This document shows positions 13,901-27,315 of a stretch of DNA of 64,000 nt, one piece after another. Source of the DNA: Pseudogymnoascus verrucosus (taxonomy: Eukaryota); NCBI GenBank assembly GCA_001662655.1, contig KV460224.1; one strand, given 5' to 3'. The notes under the pieces are model-generated. The model did not search any database. It saw only the letters and a program-made list of their open reading frames with translations, and was not told where the DNA came from. The position numbers and the translations under genes are program-made. Each line of letters begins with the position of its first letter. The first letter of the stretch is position 1.

Positions 13901-15238
13901 CTCCCTCCCCACCCTCGATGACGCATCATCCACCACCGCGGCAGCCACATCCTACGCCCCCTCCCTGGCAACCGCGCACTCCTACCCCCACGTCCTCGAC
14001 GCGGACGCTGCTCTCGAGCCCGCCACCGTCCTCTCCGCGCCCCACGTGGTCAATATCCGTAAAGCGCAAGCCAAGAAGTTTAACTGGAAGAAAGGCGGCG
14101 CCACAGTCGCCAAGGGCGTAAGCAAGGGTTTCAAGGGCGCGTTTGGAAGCGAGCGCGAGCGTAACGCTGCTGCTGCTGCTGGGGGCATGGGGGAGATCGG
14201 TATGCCGTATAACACGACCGTCACACCCGTTGATTCGCCGAGCTTGATGGCGCCGCCGCAGAACTCGCAACTTGGTGGTGGCGGTGGGTCGTTGCCGAAA
14301 TCCCAATCGAGTGATCCAAGAGGCTTTGGGCTGTTCAAGAAGTCCCACGCGAACTCGAAGTCCGCTGGTGGAGCGACAGCCTTGAACCCCGCGGCTGAAT
14401 CCCCCGCCACCCTCTTCGGCTCCGACCTCGTGGAGCGCGCAGCCTTCGAGCGCCGCCACATCCCCTCCGTCGTGATCCGCTGTATCGAGGAGGTCGAGCT
14501 CCGCGGCATGGATGTAGAGGGTATCTATCGCAAGACTGGCGGGAGTGGGCTGGTGAAGGCGATTCAGGAGGGGTTTGAGAAGGAGACGCCCGGGATGGAG
14601 ATTGATATCAGTGATCCGGATGTGGATATTACGGCGGTGACGAGTGTGTTGAAGCAGTATTTTAGGAAGTTGCCGGTGCCGCTTTTGACGTTTGATGTTT
14701 ATGAGAGGGTGTTGGAGGCTTTGAGTGAGTTTTCCCTGTCCCCCTTCTTTGCTTTGCTTTTGTTTCTTTTGCCGGGGTTGGGGTTCTTTGTTGCGGGTTG
14801 TCGACTTCTCCGGAGTTGGCGATCTGGGACCTCGATCTCGACCCCGATCTCGCAAATTCCCTTTGTCCCCGAGTCGAGCGTGCTGTTTTTCTTCCCTCTT
14901 CTTCTTCGTCTTCTTCCTCTCTTTTTGGACCTCGTACTAACCATCCACCAGCAATCCCCGAATCCGACCCCACCGCCCGCTGCGCCCACCTCCGCCACAC
15001 CTTCTCCCTCCTCCCCCCCATCCACCGCGACGTCCTCGAATTCCTCGTCTTCCACCTCGCCCGCGTCGTGTCCAAGGCGTCGGTCAACCTCATGACGCCC
15101 AAGAACGTGGCTGTTGTTTTCGCGCCGACGATCATGAGGGATCGATCAGTGGAGAGGGAGATGAGCGATGTGGCACGCAGGAATGAGGTCGTGCAGTTTG
15201 TGGTGGAGAATAGTGAGGAGATTTTTGGGGGGGAGTAG
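10955..15238 (+). CDS. LIM-domain Rho GTPase-activating protein (Rga1/Rga2-like), ~1240 aa, 4 exons (10955-11044, 11112-11142, 11410-14724, 14952-15238)
   Basis: N-terminal CKGCGEILEEGKAFEL-ANNRWHLDCFRC tandem LIM domains, central coiled coil, and RhoGAP motifs RGMDVEGIYRK, SVLKQYFRKLPVPL and NLMTPKNVAVVFAP. Splicing restores the frame. Confidence 0.92.
11175..11361 (+). repeat. ~63-bp minisatellite, 3 diverged copies, inside intron 2 of the RhoGAP gene
   Basis: The unit tgaggg.gagctg....tggtg...cgttgcgc..ctgct..ccctcat recurs with a period of about 63 bp. Confidence 0.8.
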
Positions 15239-16685
15239 GAGGGTCCCGCCCGAGGCTGTTGAGAGTTTTGTCGATGGATTTCGTGTATATTTTGTTTGTG
15301 GGAGTTGATAAAATGGTTCTTCATGCGCGCGCTTCTTTGTTTGTTTTGTTTGGTTGGCACGTCTTTATTCCTGGATCGATTCGATGCCCTATTTTGCGTC
15401 TTTTTGCTTTCATTGTCTGGTTGTCCGAGTCCCATTTTCCTTTGGTGGTGGCTCTTTCTCTTACGAAGATCGTTTCTTGAGAAGATTTGTTTCTTTAAGA
15501 ACGGAAGACCTGATCTCGTGTTAGCTTGCTTTTTTCTTTTTTGATATCCCCGGATTAGTTATAGTTCTTCTCCTCTTCCATCATCGTTTTGCTGTTTCTT
15601 GTTTTTATGGTGGTTACCGTCATGGTTGTTGATGTTGTTGATAAGAAGATGAAGAAAGGAAGAAGGAGGGTGGCCGAGGAGGTGGCTAAGTGAATCCAGC
15701 GAAACGGAGGCTTTCAGAACCTAGCGGACGTCTCGTCTCGGCAACGGGGGGTGGGTGTAGACGTGTGTTGCCGCGGCGATTTCGTTAGGCGTTTACGTTC
15801 ACGTTTATGTTGTCGTTGTTGCTCATACGTACGTACGTACGGTTACCGCGCCGATGAGCTAGGGGGGTAAACGTTTACACTTCCGTCTACGTCTACGTTA
15901 CCGCGGCGATATCTTCGTTTACCGTGCGTGCGGTATCGCAGTATACGGCGAGCATGAAGGAAGGGGAAGAGCGAGTCGGCACTGGCAACAGATATGAAGG
16001 AGGAGAAAGCCCGTGGATGTTCGTTGTTGGATGATATCACCACTTCCAGGCCTAGTTGGGGGTGAGTTCACTGTTGTTGGAATTCTGTCTTGCCTCCAGG
16101 TCGAGAGAGAGAGGATAGGGGCCGGGAAGAGCTGAATTTTATGGGAGACCTGGGGTGCTGGTTGTATGTATGTTATGTTGCCCTGGCCATTTTGTGGGGG
16201 GTGTAGATATGGGGGTGGTAAATGGGGATGAATAAATGGAAAGGGGTATATCAGAGAAAGGGGTTTTTAGGGGTGGTGACTTGTGATTGTGTTGACTGTG
16301 ACTGACAGTGGTTGATTGTTGATTGTTGTAGAGGTGATTCGAGTGCGAGGTATAAGAAGGAAAGTGTAGAGTAAACGTGAAGATTGGCTTTTTTCATATG
16401 TGACAATAAAGGGGAAGGGGATAAAGGGCGTACACACTCCCACACCGAAGATTAAGGGGTGTATATGATAACAAGCTACAGTATCTACGTCAACACACCC
16501 CCTAGCCCTTACTTATACCCCCCCCCCCCGGTTCCTCAGGGAATAGGAAAGATTACAGCAAGACAATCTTTAATGGACACATCCAAGAGTTATGGGGTGG
16601 AGAAACCTGGTGTCGTGGCGCTGGGCGGTGGTGGTTCTTGTGCTGTGGGAGGGGATGGTGGGTGGTTGTGACGGTGGGGATGGAA

Positions 16686-17592
16686 TGGTGGTGAGAATAG
16701 CAGGTAGTGAGAATAGAAGTAGTGATAATAGCAGTTAGTGAGGATATACAAGCAACAAGAAACCTCAACAGTGAGATGCCTACAACACTATCCCTGCTTT
16801 CAACTGAGCGGCCTCATCCCGCTTTCTAGAGATCCTCCTGGAGAGAAGCAGCAGCGTCAGGTGGCGAAGACAGATCTTTTGCTGGTATGATGGGCGCAGC
16901 TGTCTGTAGCTCGGAAGATTTGCGTGTGTGGTTTTGATCTTTCTATGTTTCAACACAAGCGCAGCTGTCTGCTCCTTCTTCAGCCTTTCTTTCTTCGGTC
17001 TTATTTCCTCGGAGTGAGTGCTGTAGACACGCGAGAAATACTGGGTTTGGGGGGTTTTCTGCCATAAGTCTTGTAGGGTAGGGTGGCTTTTTATTTTTCT
17101 AGATCTTTTATGAACGGAAGTATCTCTACGTTTTTATACTCTCCGCTTACAACTCAATAGTCTAACCAAATATTTCCCACTCTCCCCCTCCAAACCCGCA
17201 AATCTTCCGATCTACAGACACCCATCTTATCCCTCTAGAGAATCAAAAGCGAGTGGTGGTGAGAATAGACCATAGAGTGAGAATATAGAAGTGACAAGGA
17301 ACTTTGATAGTGAGAAAATGCGTTTTCCTACAACACTATCACTGCTTTTGGAACGAAACTGTCTGTCTCTCTGTCTGAAAACCCAACTGGTGATATTTTT
17401 ATATGTCTGGTTCTGTCACGACCAAGTCCGTTTGTTTTCCTACTGTGCTTATTTTTGTAGCTAGAAGTCTTGCAGGGCAGGGTAGTTTTGTTTCTAGATC
17501 TTTTATGAACGGAACTATCTCTACGTTTTTATACCCTCCGCTTAGAACCCCCAATAGTCTGACCAAATATCTCCATCTCCCCCCCCCCCCCA
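16686..17592 (+). repeat. Imperfect tandem duplication of a non-coding module (copy A ~16686-17190, copy B ~17254-17592)
   Basis: Both copies share the blocks tggtggtgagaatag...cctacaacactatc.ctgcttt and aagtcttg.aggg.aggg...tctagatcttttatgaacggaa.tatctctacgtttttatac.ctccgctta...caatagtct.accaaatat. Confidence 0.85.
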
Positions 17593-17675
17593 CCCCCAAT
17601 TAGAGCACACCCACGTTGCCTCCCCCATCCCTCCCTCCCTCCCTCACCCCAAAGCCGCAGAAACAGGCGGGGAGT

Positions 17676-19240
17676 ATGGAGAAAGCTGCGCTCGTTACTC
17701 AAGCGGACGACCAGTTTTTGTTCGTTGAATCTTCCGAATCTGAGGTGACGGCAATGAAAGAGAACCGCAGACTCTCGCTCGGGATGCACGGAGAGACACA
17801 AGAAATGCACTCCAAGACTTTTGAACGCGAAGACAATGCGAAAGAGGAGGAGACAGTTCTACCAATGGAGCAGCAGGGAACTCAAGGCCGCACCAGCAAC
17901 TCTGTAGAGAAACAGACGGAGAGCATGGAGCAGACACACACAGTCTCGCCCAAGATGAACGGAGAAACACAGATTCACCACAGTAAGTCTTTTGAACTTC
18001 AATAGAACATAAATGAGAGGTAGTCAAGTTCACTTCTGACGCCCATCGAAGATCACCAAAACCAGCCCCGTGGAGCGACAGGACTTCAAAAACAGCAACG
18101 GAACCCAGCAAAGTGGGAAGACTGGCTTGCGCTTCAGGAACACGCTAGAGAACTTCGAAAGGCTTCTGAGAACATGGCAAAACAGGTAGAGATATATCAA
18201 CCCAAGAAGTGGATAGAACGTCAGATGATCCGCAATGCTTTAGAGTGTCAGGCTTTAGAGCGTCAGGCCAAGAAGACAACAATGATCGATAGGCTGCAAC
18301 GTTCGACCTCCGTGAAAAAAATAGACCGATATTACGCAAAGATCCGACAAATGAATAAGGAAGAGGCGGATGAGGCTGCCCTCGATATGATCGAGAAAAA
18401 TCTATACTCCGAATCCTATTATCCTTGTGCTCTCGTGGATAAACCTTGGATACCCTCGACACTAAAGTGGCTGAGAGATTTTCGGGCAAAAACAGAAAAG
18501 CCGCAAAATACACTCCTCATGACCTATGAACCCAAAGCGAAGGTGAAAGAGTGGCTGAAAACTGTATGCACGAACAAGGAAGAAATGGAAGGCACCCTCT
18601 TCATGGACACCGAAACATCAGTGAAACAAGTCACCGCCGCATCCTTCATGGATACCGAAACCAAAGTGAACTCGGACACCGCCGCAACCCGCAAGCAATA
18701 TGCAGAAATCCAGAGCAAGATCTCTCCGCCTAAACCGGCGACCAAAATGAGTAAGTTCACCTCTCTCTCACCTGTGCAGCTCCAAGGTCAATGTACCCCA
18801 TACTGACACCCCCCCCAGTTCCCTGGACGTCCAACCTCCCCATCCCCCCACCCGAAGGACGATATATCTTCTACAAACCTGCCGAAACCCGCACCCCACT
18901 GGGTTTTGGGGCGGCTTCTCCCTTCGTGAGCCAAGAGCAATTGAAGAAGCGGAAGAGGGAGGAGAAGAAGCGGGAGGTGGAAGAGAGGATGATGGATGAG
19001 GAGTTGGATACGGAGGTGCTGCCGAAGCCCAAGAGAGGGAAGAGGTTGAATGAGTTTGAGGAAGCCATGAGGGTTGCGGGGCTGTGTCCTGAGGATCCGG
19101 ATAAGAAGGAGAAGGGGAAGGGAAGAGGAAAGGGGAGGGAGAATGGGGGGAAGGAGGAGAGGCCCTGGGAGGAGAAAGAGAAGAGGGGAGGGGGGAGGGG
19201 AGGAGGAAGAGGGAAGAGGGGTGGGTTTGGGATGATGTGA
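17676..19240 (+). CDS. Orphan hypothetical protein, ~475 aa, 3 exons (17676-17982, 18052-18750, 18819-19240)
   Basis: Two GTAAGT donors with CTGAC branch points and AG acceptors join three ORFs in one continuous frame. The product is hydrophilic with a K/R/G-rich C-terminus. No family recognised. Confidence 0.65.
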
Positions 19241-19306
19241 GAATGCGTGCAGATTGTGTGGGATTAGAGGCTGAGAATGTCTGGTTCTTGACACTCAGCG
19301 AAGAGA

Positions 19307-19412
19307 AAAACGGATGGACTGTACTTATAGGGCTGATTTCACAAGAGAGCCATGCGATGAAAACGGATCGACTGTACTTATAGGGCTGAATTCACAAGAG
19401 AGCCATGCGATG
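19307..19412 (+). repeat. 53-bp direct tandem duplication
   Basis: aaaacggat(g/c)gactgtacttatagggctga(t/a)ttcacaagagagccatgcgatg occurs twice with 2 mismatches. Confidence 0.92.
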
Positions 19413-19915
19413 TTTTATAAAACCTATCTTCATGTTATTGTGCACTCGTGTGACTGGTGAATAGGGGGGAGACTGGCTTTTAGCAAGCAAATTACCGTTT
19501 ATAGAGCACAGAGTAGCATATAGCGCAAACTTAGTCCTCACCAGACGTAAACACCATGAATATACAACAATAAACTATATTATTTGTATATTGCTATTGA
19601 ATATAAAGAATCGACGCGCTCATTCTCAATGATGTCGTCGCGCCTACTGTACGGAGCACGGAGAATCCAATCGCACTAGCGCAATCTCGTTACGACGGCG
19701 AGCTTCTACGCGACTGGCCCCCAAGCTCTCAAAGAAATAAATGTTGCCGCGACCTCGACCCAACTCGACACCGACGACATAATCCACAACCTCACTGGGC
19801 CGAACCCCCCCAGAACAAGCTCACCCCGCCCCTCGATGCAATCACCATAACCACTAAACCCATCCACCTGAGCGCGCCGCGACTTTCTCGGGAGGCTGGC
19901 GGCACCGAGCCCACC

Positions 19916-22900
19916 ATGTCTTTTCCCTCCCTCCAGACGCCTCAGCGCCCCCTTCCTGGCGCCTTCGTGCAGACCCCAGCGGCCTCGCGATACCCCGGGC
20001 CCAACCCCGTTCGACAGCTCTTCCGAGCCCCGAGCTCCAATCCCGCTGCCGTGGGCGCGCCGACCGCCCAAGGGTCGCAGTCAGCAGTCGCTCTGCTCCC
20101 CCAGGCTCAAAGCCAGTCGCAGGCGTTGAAGCCGGTGCAGCGCGCGGGGAGGACGATCAATGAGGTGTTACGCAAGGATGCAAACTTTCCTGAACTCGAT
20201 AGCTATGTCAAGCGTAAGTGATGCGGGTTGTTTCTGCTAATAAACACGGGGGACGACAGGCTAATCTGGCACACAGAGGGCATCTCGTCCGACTATGAGA
20301 TTCCGTCCGTATTAGGGCACGACTCGGCATGGGCGCCGTACCAGAAGACGAAGATGTATGATATCCCGGATCGCATTTTTGAGCAGTACAATCATGCGCA
20401 GGTGTCGACGATGATGGGGTTGTTTTCGGAGCTGAACCACGCGTGGATTACGATTGACAACGCTTTGTATATTTGGGACTACACACAGACGAACCCCGAG
20501 CTCAATGGCTTTGAGGAGCAGTCGAATAGCATTACGGCGGTCAAGCTGGTGGTTCCGCGACGCGGCGTGTTTCTCGATACCATCACCCACCTTTTGGTGG
20601 TGGCTACGACGGCTGAGATTATACTTCTGGGAGTTGGAGCGACTACGAATCCGGCGACTGGCGCAAAGGTTGTGACCCTCTTCAATACTGGCATGTCACT
20701 TTCGATCAAGGGCATTGATGTCAGGGTGATTGAGGGCTCGGCCGCGAGTGGGCGGATATTCTTCAGCGGCGGAGGAGATAACGAGGTGTACGAACTCACA
20801 TACCAGCAGGAGGAGAAGTGGTTCGCGAGCCGATGCGGCAAGGTTAACCACACCAGCCCGGGATATACGTCTTTGGTCCCGACAAAGATCATCTGGGGGA
20901 CGAGCTCCAAGGAGTATGTGGTGGATATGACAGTAGACGACAGCAGGAACCTTCTTTACACACTCTCGTCAGAGTCATCGATACGAATCTTCCACATGGA
21001 TACGCCAGCCTCGCTCAAGCAAGTCGTCGAGAAAAAGCGCCACGAATGTCTCCGCGATATCAGCCACATGATCTCGCAATCCCCCTTGTTGGACAACAAT
21101 CTCAAAATCGTCTCAATAAGCCCCATCTCGGCCACTGAAGCCGCAAAACTCCATCTTCTGGCGGTTACTTCCACAGGCTGCCGTCTGTATCTCTCTGCTA
21201 CCCGAGGATACGGATACCTGGCTGGCAAGGTCGAGGCACCTACGAGCATGCAGGTCCAGCACATTAAATTCCCGCCGCCGGATCAACAAGATCCCCAGCC
21301 ACGATCGCCAGCACAGCCATCTGGCTACCAACCTGTTGAGCAGCCTATAAACACCCAATCACGCGCTCTTCAGTACGCCCGTAGGGGACTACGATACCCA
21401 CCAGGCTTCTTCCTGTGTTTCGTTGCAAAGGATACCAATCCCAACACAGACGTCCTCTTCCTCTCTGCACCTGACACTGGGCGCATCGCCGCGGAATCCC
21501 GCGACATCTCGGGCCAGAGCTCAAAGTTCTACGAGCAAGGCCTCTGGCTGAAGCTCGATAGCCGTGCGGAAGCTATTGGACTTGTTAGCAACACCTTCGC
21601 AGCTGCATCCACCCCAATTGGATACGGGAACGAACTTGCTGTTCAGTTTGATGAGCCCTCGACAGAGATGGCCGTCCTGACCAACACAGGTATTTACATC
21701 ATCAAGCGAAGGCGGCTTGTGGACGTTTTCGCAGCCGCAATCAGGCAAGGCGATGCCGAGCAGGGTCTGGAAAAGCAGATGGCGCAGTTCATTAGGCATT
21801 ACGGGAGAAGCGAAGTCACAGCCGCGGCACTGGCAGTTGCTTGCGGACAAGGCTCCGAGGGATCCTCGGGAGAAAGAACGGCGAAGGTGTCGGACCCGTC
21901 GACGCTTGAGGCGGCTCGCAAGGCCTTCATCGACTATGGTGGCTCTGCATCCTTGAATGCGGATGCTGTTTCTGATGCCAATGAGCCGGCCATCAACTTC
22001 GTGCGCCCCTCGGCACGCCATGACGGCCTGGCGATGTATATTTCTCGTCTGGTGAGATCGATATGGAAGGTTCCTGTCGTAAGAGAAGCGACACTCAACG
22101 TTGGCGCCGGTGCCAATGGAACCATGTCGCTGCAATCAACCGTCTCTGGCGCCAAGTTGACGAGCATCCAAGACGACATGGCGCGCCTAAACACCTTCCT
22201 TGAGAAGAACAGCACGTTTATCCAGGGGTTGGCTGGCCCCGAAGGCCCGCAGCGAGCTGCTACACAGATGGAGGAGATCACGCTTCAAGGAGAGCACCAG
22301 GCTCTTCGTTCGCTCTGGGCGCTTGCCAGCAATATAATCGAAGGCATCTCGTTCGTGATGATGTTGTTTGAAGAGCGCATGGATGAGCTCTGGGCGTCGT
22401 TGGATGACACCACTCGCCAGCAACTGCGCGATCTCACATACGAGTCGCTGTTCACCTCTGATGATGGGAAGAACCTGGGGAAGGTGCTCGTTAAGGCGAT
22501 CGTGAACAGAAGTATTGCGAATGGCTCGAATGTGGAGACTGTTGCCGACGCGTTGAGGAGGAAGTGCAAGAGCTTCTGTAGCGCGGATGATGTTCTTATT
22601 TTCAAGGCTCAAGAGCAGCTCAAGAAGGCGTCGGAGCTGGGCAGTGGTACCGAGGTTGGGCGAAGCATGCTTAATGGGAGTCTACGATTGTTCGAGAGAG
22701 TGGCTGAAAGTCTGACATTCGAAAATCTCCAGTCGATTGTGGAGCAATACGTGAATCTACAGTTCTACGCTGGAGCAGTCCAGCTGTGTCTCACGGTTGC
22801 GTATCAAGGGGATAGAGGGAACATGGCGTTGTCTTGGGTCAACGACAACAGGCCTGCTGGTGATAGCCGCGAGAAGTTTTTCGAAAGCCGGAAGCGCTCT

Positions 22901-24183
22901 TACGATCTCATCCACCTTGTTCTAGAGGACTTGGACAGGGTTTCTGGGCAGCAGCCAGAGTTTAATGCAGATGGCATGTACACAGTTGTCGCCATGAAGA
23001 GGCAGGAGGCATATGCCATTGTCAACGAGTCGACGGACGAGGTGTTCCATTACGACCTGTACGACTGGTACCTTACCCAAGGCTGGACCGATCGCCTGCT
23101 CGCCATCGATTCTCCATTTGTAATCTCCTATCTGCAAAAGCAGTCCCTGACCAGCATCGACCGCGCCGACCTTCTGTGGCGCTTCTACGCCAGCGGGAAG
23201 CGATACCACGACGCCGCAAGTGTGCAAGTGGGCCTCGCCAAGAGCGAGTTCCCGCTGGACCTCAAGACGCGGATCGAGTATCTCAGCCGCGCCAAGGCGA
23301 ATGGCTCCACCACGACTATTGGTATTGCTCGGTCGGCGCAGCAGGTACTTCTGCGTGAGGTTACTGAGCTCTTGGAGATTGCGAATATCCAGGATGAAAT
23401 CCTCCAGCGCTTGAGGAATCACCCTAGACTGGACCAATCGAGGCGTGAAGAGATCGTCCGTGAGCTTGATGGCCCAGTTCATTCGCTTTCAGAGGTATGT
23501 CAAGTGAGAATTCCGACAGAATTTGTGTTACTAATTACCCATAGCTGTTCAACGAATATGCGGATAAGGCCAACTTCTATGACATCTGCCTCGAGATTTT
23601 CCAAGCTGCTGGCCACTCCAACCCATCGGATGTCGACGTGACCTGGACCAACTTCCTAGACTCCACCCACGGCCAGATCCTCGAGAAGGCGGCAGCCGCA
23701 GGCCCGAACGAGCCCCTACCAGCAAAACCCTACGAAGCAATCATCAACGCCGTGCGCGACCTCGCCTACCGCCTGAACCGCAGCGAATCTACCTTCCCCC
23801 CCGAACTCCTGATCCCCAAGCTAGAACGCTACGCCTACGAGCAACAGCGCGGCGTCGGCCCCCCAACCTGGGTAATGGACCTCTTCATCGAGATCGGCAC
23901 CGCCTTCGAGCGCATCATCCCCATCCTCGAGGGCATGATCCACAACGACGAAGCGCCCTTCCACGGCCGCAACAGACGCTTCATCGCCAACGACGCGCTG
24001 TACGTCATCGAGAAGTGGTACCAGGACTGCATCCGCCACAACAGGGAGGTGTTTGGCGGCGTCGACTACGCTGCGGGGATCAGCACCTTCCTCAACATGC
24101 TGACGCAGAATGGGCTCGAGGGCGATAAGGTCTACGAGGCGCAGGAGCTGCGGGTGAAGATCGAGCGGGTGCTGAGGAGGTAG
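19916..24183 (+). CDS. NUP170: Non-repetitive nucleoporin Nup170/Nup157 (Nup155 family), ~1384 aa, 3 exons (19916-20213, 20277-23494, 23545-24183)
   Basis: Motifs MGLFSELNHAWITIDNALYIWDY, VYELTYQQEEKWF, LRRKCKSFCSADDV and RIEYLSRAKAN, with canonical introns. Confidence 0.93.
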
Positions 24184-25060
24184 ACGTTGCGCGGTTTGTA
24201 TTTGGATCTTTGGGAACGGGGAATGTGGTACTGTGGCACCGTTGTTTGGGTGTTGTATGGGCGTTTTTGTTTGGAGGGGAGACAGACGGATGATGAATTG
24301 ATCAAGCACCCCCGGGGAGAGCGCATTACTGGGCGAGCATATAATCTCAGCACATAGTTGCAAGAATTCCAATGAGGAGACTAGGATGTTGTGTGTATTA
24401 CTTCGGCCATAGTTAGTTCGGATGGGGAGAGAATAAATCAGGAATTACGGGTTATAGTTTTATATTATATCAGGGGTACTTGACTATTGGAGTGAAAGGG
24501 AGTAATCATTTTAAGGGTCTTGTATAAATTCCGTAAATAGGGACTTGAATTCACTTAAATTCGCCAATATATTGTTTGGTACGGTACTGTACGGTCCGTG
24601 CATTACATAAGCATGATAACGCGGGGGGTTTGTTTGTATTTGTGTGTGGACGTCTAAGCCACGAAGGGCCTCGTACTTGTGGTTCACTTCCTACTTTCCA
24701 CCCTGCGACACAATTTCACCCCCTATATTCATTCTTCTTCTTCAAACCTCCAAACTTATATCCAAATCAATCCTCGAGTCGCGATTCAATTTGAGGCTCA
24801 AGATAATATCTTCCATCGCTGAGCTTCTCCCATCGCACATCCGCGCCGCAGTTGCCGAGGAGAGTACCTTGGCGGGGCATAATCAAGTACCAACCAACCC
24901 ACCAACTCACTCACTAGTGACGACGGACTGCTATCTCACCGTTCCAGCACAACCTACGACATCAACGCGTGCCCAGAACGGCGACAGGACAGCCCCCTCA
25001 CGCCTCCCTTGATCTTTCCGCACATCTAAATACCCCTCCTCCTCCTCCTCTTCCTACACA

Positions 25061-27315
25061 ATGTCGTGGAAAATCACAAAGAGTGCGTGTCCATCCCGAT
25101 CTTCCTCTCTTTCGTCACCTCCTGTTTGCCGATCTGGCTGGTGGCATCTGCTTGTGTGCGGGGCTAAAGCCACAAGAGAACGGTGATGCACCAACAGTGA
25201 TGCACCGACGGCGCTTGGGGAGTGGTTTTGTCGCTGTGTGCTGTGCAGCGATCTGTTTATACACTGCTAATATCTTGTGTTTATAGAACTGAAAGAGACC
25301 CATTTGGGGCCCCTCGCAAATACCTTCTCCCGCACACCCTCTACTCCCTCAATTAGCACCGATGCGTCCAAGGAGGAGAAGCCGGGGGTACCGATCTCAC
25401 CCTCGACCAGTCTTTCCGCCGATAATGGCATCGGTATGTCGACCAATACGAGGCCTGGATAGAGGGGTGCTCTCACTGACTTTGATACAGCTGTCTCCGA
25501 AGCCATGGTGCAGCAGCCCCCAACTGAGCCGCGACCAGGACTCCTTATCGTGACCCTCCACGAAGGAACTGGGTTCTCCTTACCAGAGCAATACAGACAT
25601 ATTTTCCAAAGTCAACACACTCAAAACTCCATGTCAGCTGGCAATGGATTCGGCATTGCAGGCTCCATGCGCCCGACCTCTTCACAACAAAACGTTGCCG
25701 GCTCGTTCGCCAGCGGCAGCGTACGTCCCTCAACCTCCGGTGGTGGAGGCTTCTCCTCAGTCCCGACAAACCACGGTCGATACTCCTCCAAATACCTCCC
25801 CTACGCGCTTCTCGACTTCGACAAAGTACAGGTCTTCGTTAACTCCGTGTCCGGATCGCCAGAGAACCCCTTATGGGCCGGCGACAACACCCAGTACAAG
25901 TTCGATGTCTCCCGTGTGACCGAGCTGGCCGTGCATCTCTACTTGCGGAATCCCAATGCGACCCCTGGATCTGGACGAAGCCAGGATATCTTCCTTGGTG
26001 TCACGCGCATCAACCCGAGATTTGAGGAGAGGCAGAAGTTCGTGGAGGACCCGAAGGCCAGCAAGAAGGACCGCGAGAAGGCGGCTGCGGAGTTTGCGAC
26101 CCGGGAGAAGTCGATGGGACAGAGTGGAACTGAGTGGCTGGAGGTTCAATACGGTACGGGAAGGATTAAGCTCGGGGTTGAGTACGTGGAGAACAGACAG
26201 AGGGCGCTGAAGATTGACGATTTCGATCTCCTCAAGGTGGTGGGCAAGGGAAGTTTCGGCAAGGTCATGATGGTTAAGAAGAAGGACACCCATCGCATTT
26301 ACGCCCTCAAGACGATCCGCAAAGCTCACATCATCTCGCGTTCTGAAGTCGCCCATACCCTGGCTGAGCGTTCTGTTCTGTCGCAAATCAACAATCCATT
26401 CATTGTGCCGTTAAAGTTTTCGTTCCAGTCGCCAGAGAAGTTATACCTTGTCCTGGCCTTTGTCAACGGTGGAGAGCTGTTCCACCATCTCCAGAAGGAG
26501 CAACGCTTCGATATCAACCGTTCTAGATTCTACACGGCGGAACTGCTGTGTGCGTTAGAGTGCCTCCACGGCTTCAACGTCATTTATCGTGACTTGAAGC
26601 CCGAGAACATTCTCCTCGATTATTCCGGACACATCGCTCTTTGCGACTTTGGTCTATGTAAGCTCGACATGAAGGATGAGGACAGGACCAACACATTCTG
26701 CGGCACTCCAGAGTATTTGGCACCTGAGCTTCTACTGGGCCAGGGCTACACCAAGAGTGTCGATTGGTGGACCCTTGGTGTCCTCCTCTACGAGATGTTG
26801 ACTGGACTTCCTCCCTTCTACGACGAGAACACAAACGAGATGTACCGCAAGATTCTGTCCGAGCCCCTCCACTTCCCTGGATCGGACATCGTACCCCCAG
26901 CGGCGAAGGATCTCCTCACGAAGCTGCTCAACCGCAAGCCAGAAGAGCGTCTGGGAGCGAACGGCGCGTCGGAGATCAAGGCGCACGTTTTCTTCCACAG
27001 CATCGATTGGCGCAAGCTTCTCCAGAGGAAGTACGAGCCAACCTTCAAGCCCAATGTGGTAAGTAACTATTTTCCTTCTATTTATACCTACTCTAACACA
27101 AGTCACAGGTCGACGCGCTCGATACCGAGAACTTCGACAAGGAGTTCACACGCGAGGCACCAGCGGATTCATTCGTCGAAGGCCCGCTCCTGTCATCCAC
27201 CACACAAGATCTCTTCCACGGATGGTCCTACAACCGTCCCGTGGCCGGTCTTGGCGATGCGGGAGGCAGTCTGAGGGACCCGTCGTTCGTGGGAAGCGTG
27301 CAGGACAACAGGTAA
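25061..27315 (+). CDS. YPK1: AGC-family Ser/Thr kinase Ypk1/Gad8, ~647 aa, 4 exons (25061-25082, 25287-25433, 25491-27058, 27109-27315)
   Basis: MSWKITKKLKETHL start, C2-like domain, GKGSFGKV, YRDLKPEN, DFG, activation loop TFCGTPEY and hydrophobic motif FHGWSY in the last exon. Confidence 0.95.

Noticed and set aside
11379..15095. ORF-track 1238-aa RhoGAP with hydrophobic 'TM-like' C-terminus
   Set aside because: The hydrophobic stretch is translated pyrimidine-rich intron (14725-14951). Splicing restores the conserved RhoGAP end.
19307..19412. Direct repeats considered as a CRISPR-like array
   Set aside because: Only two adjacent copies with no spacer, in eukaryotic DNA with no cas genes.
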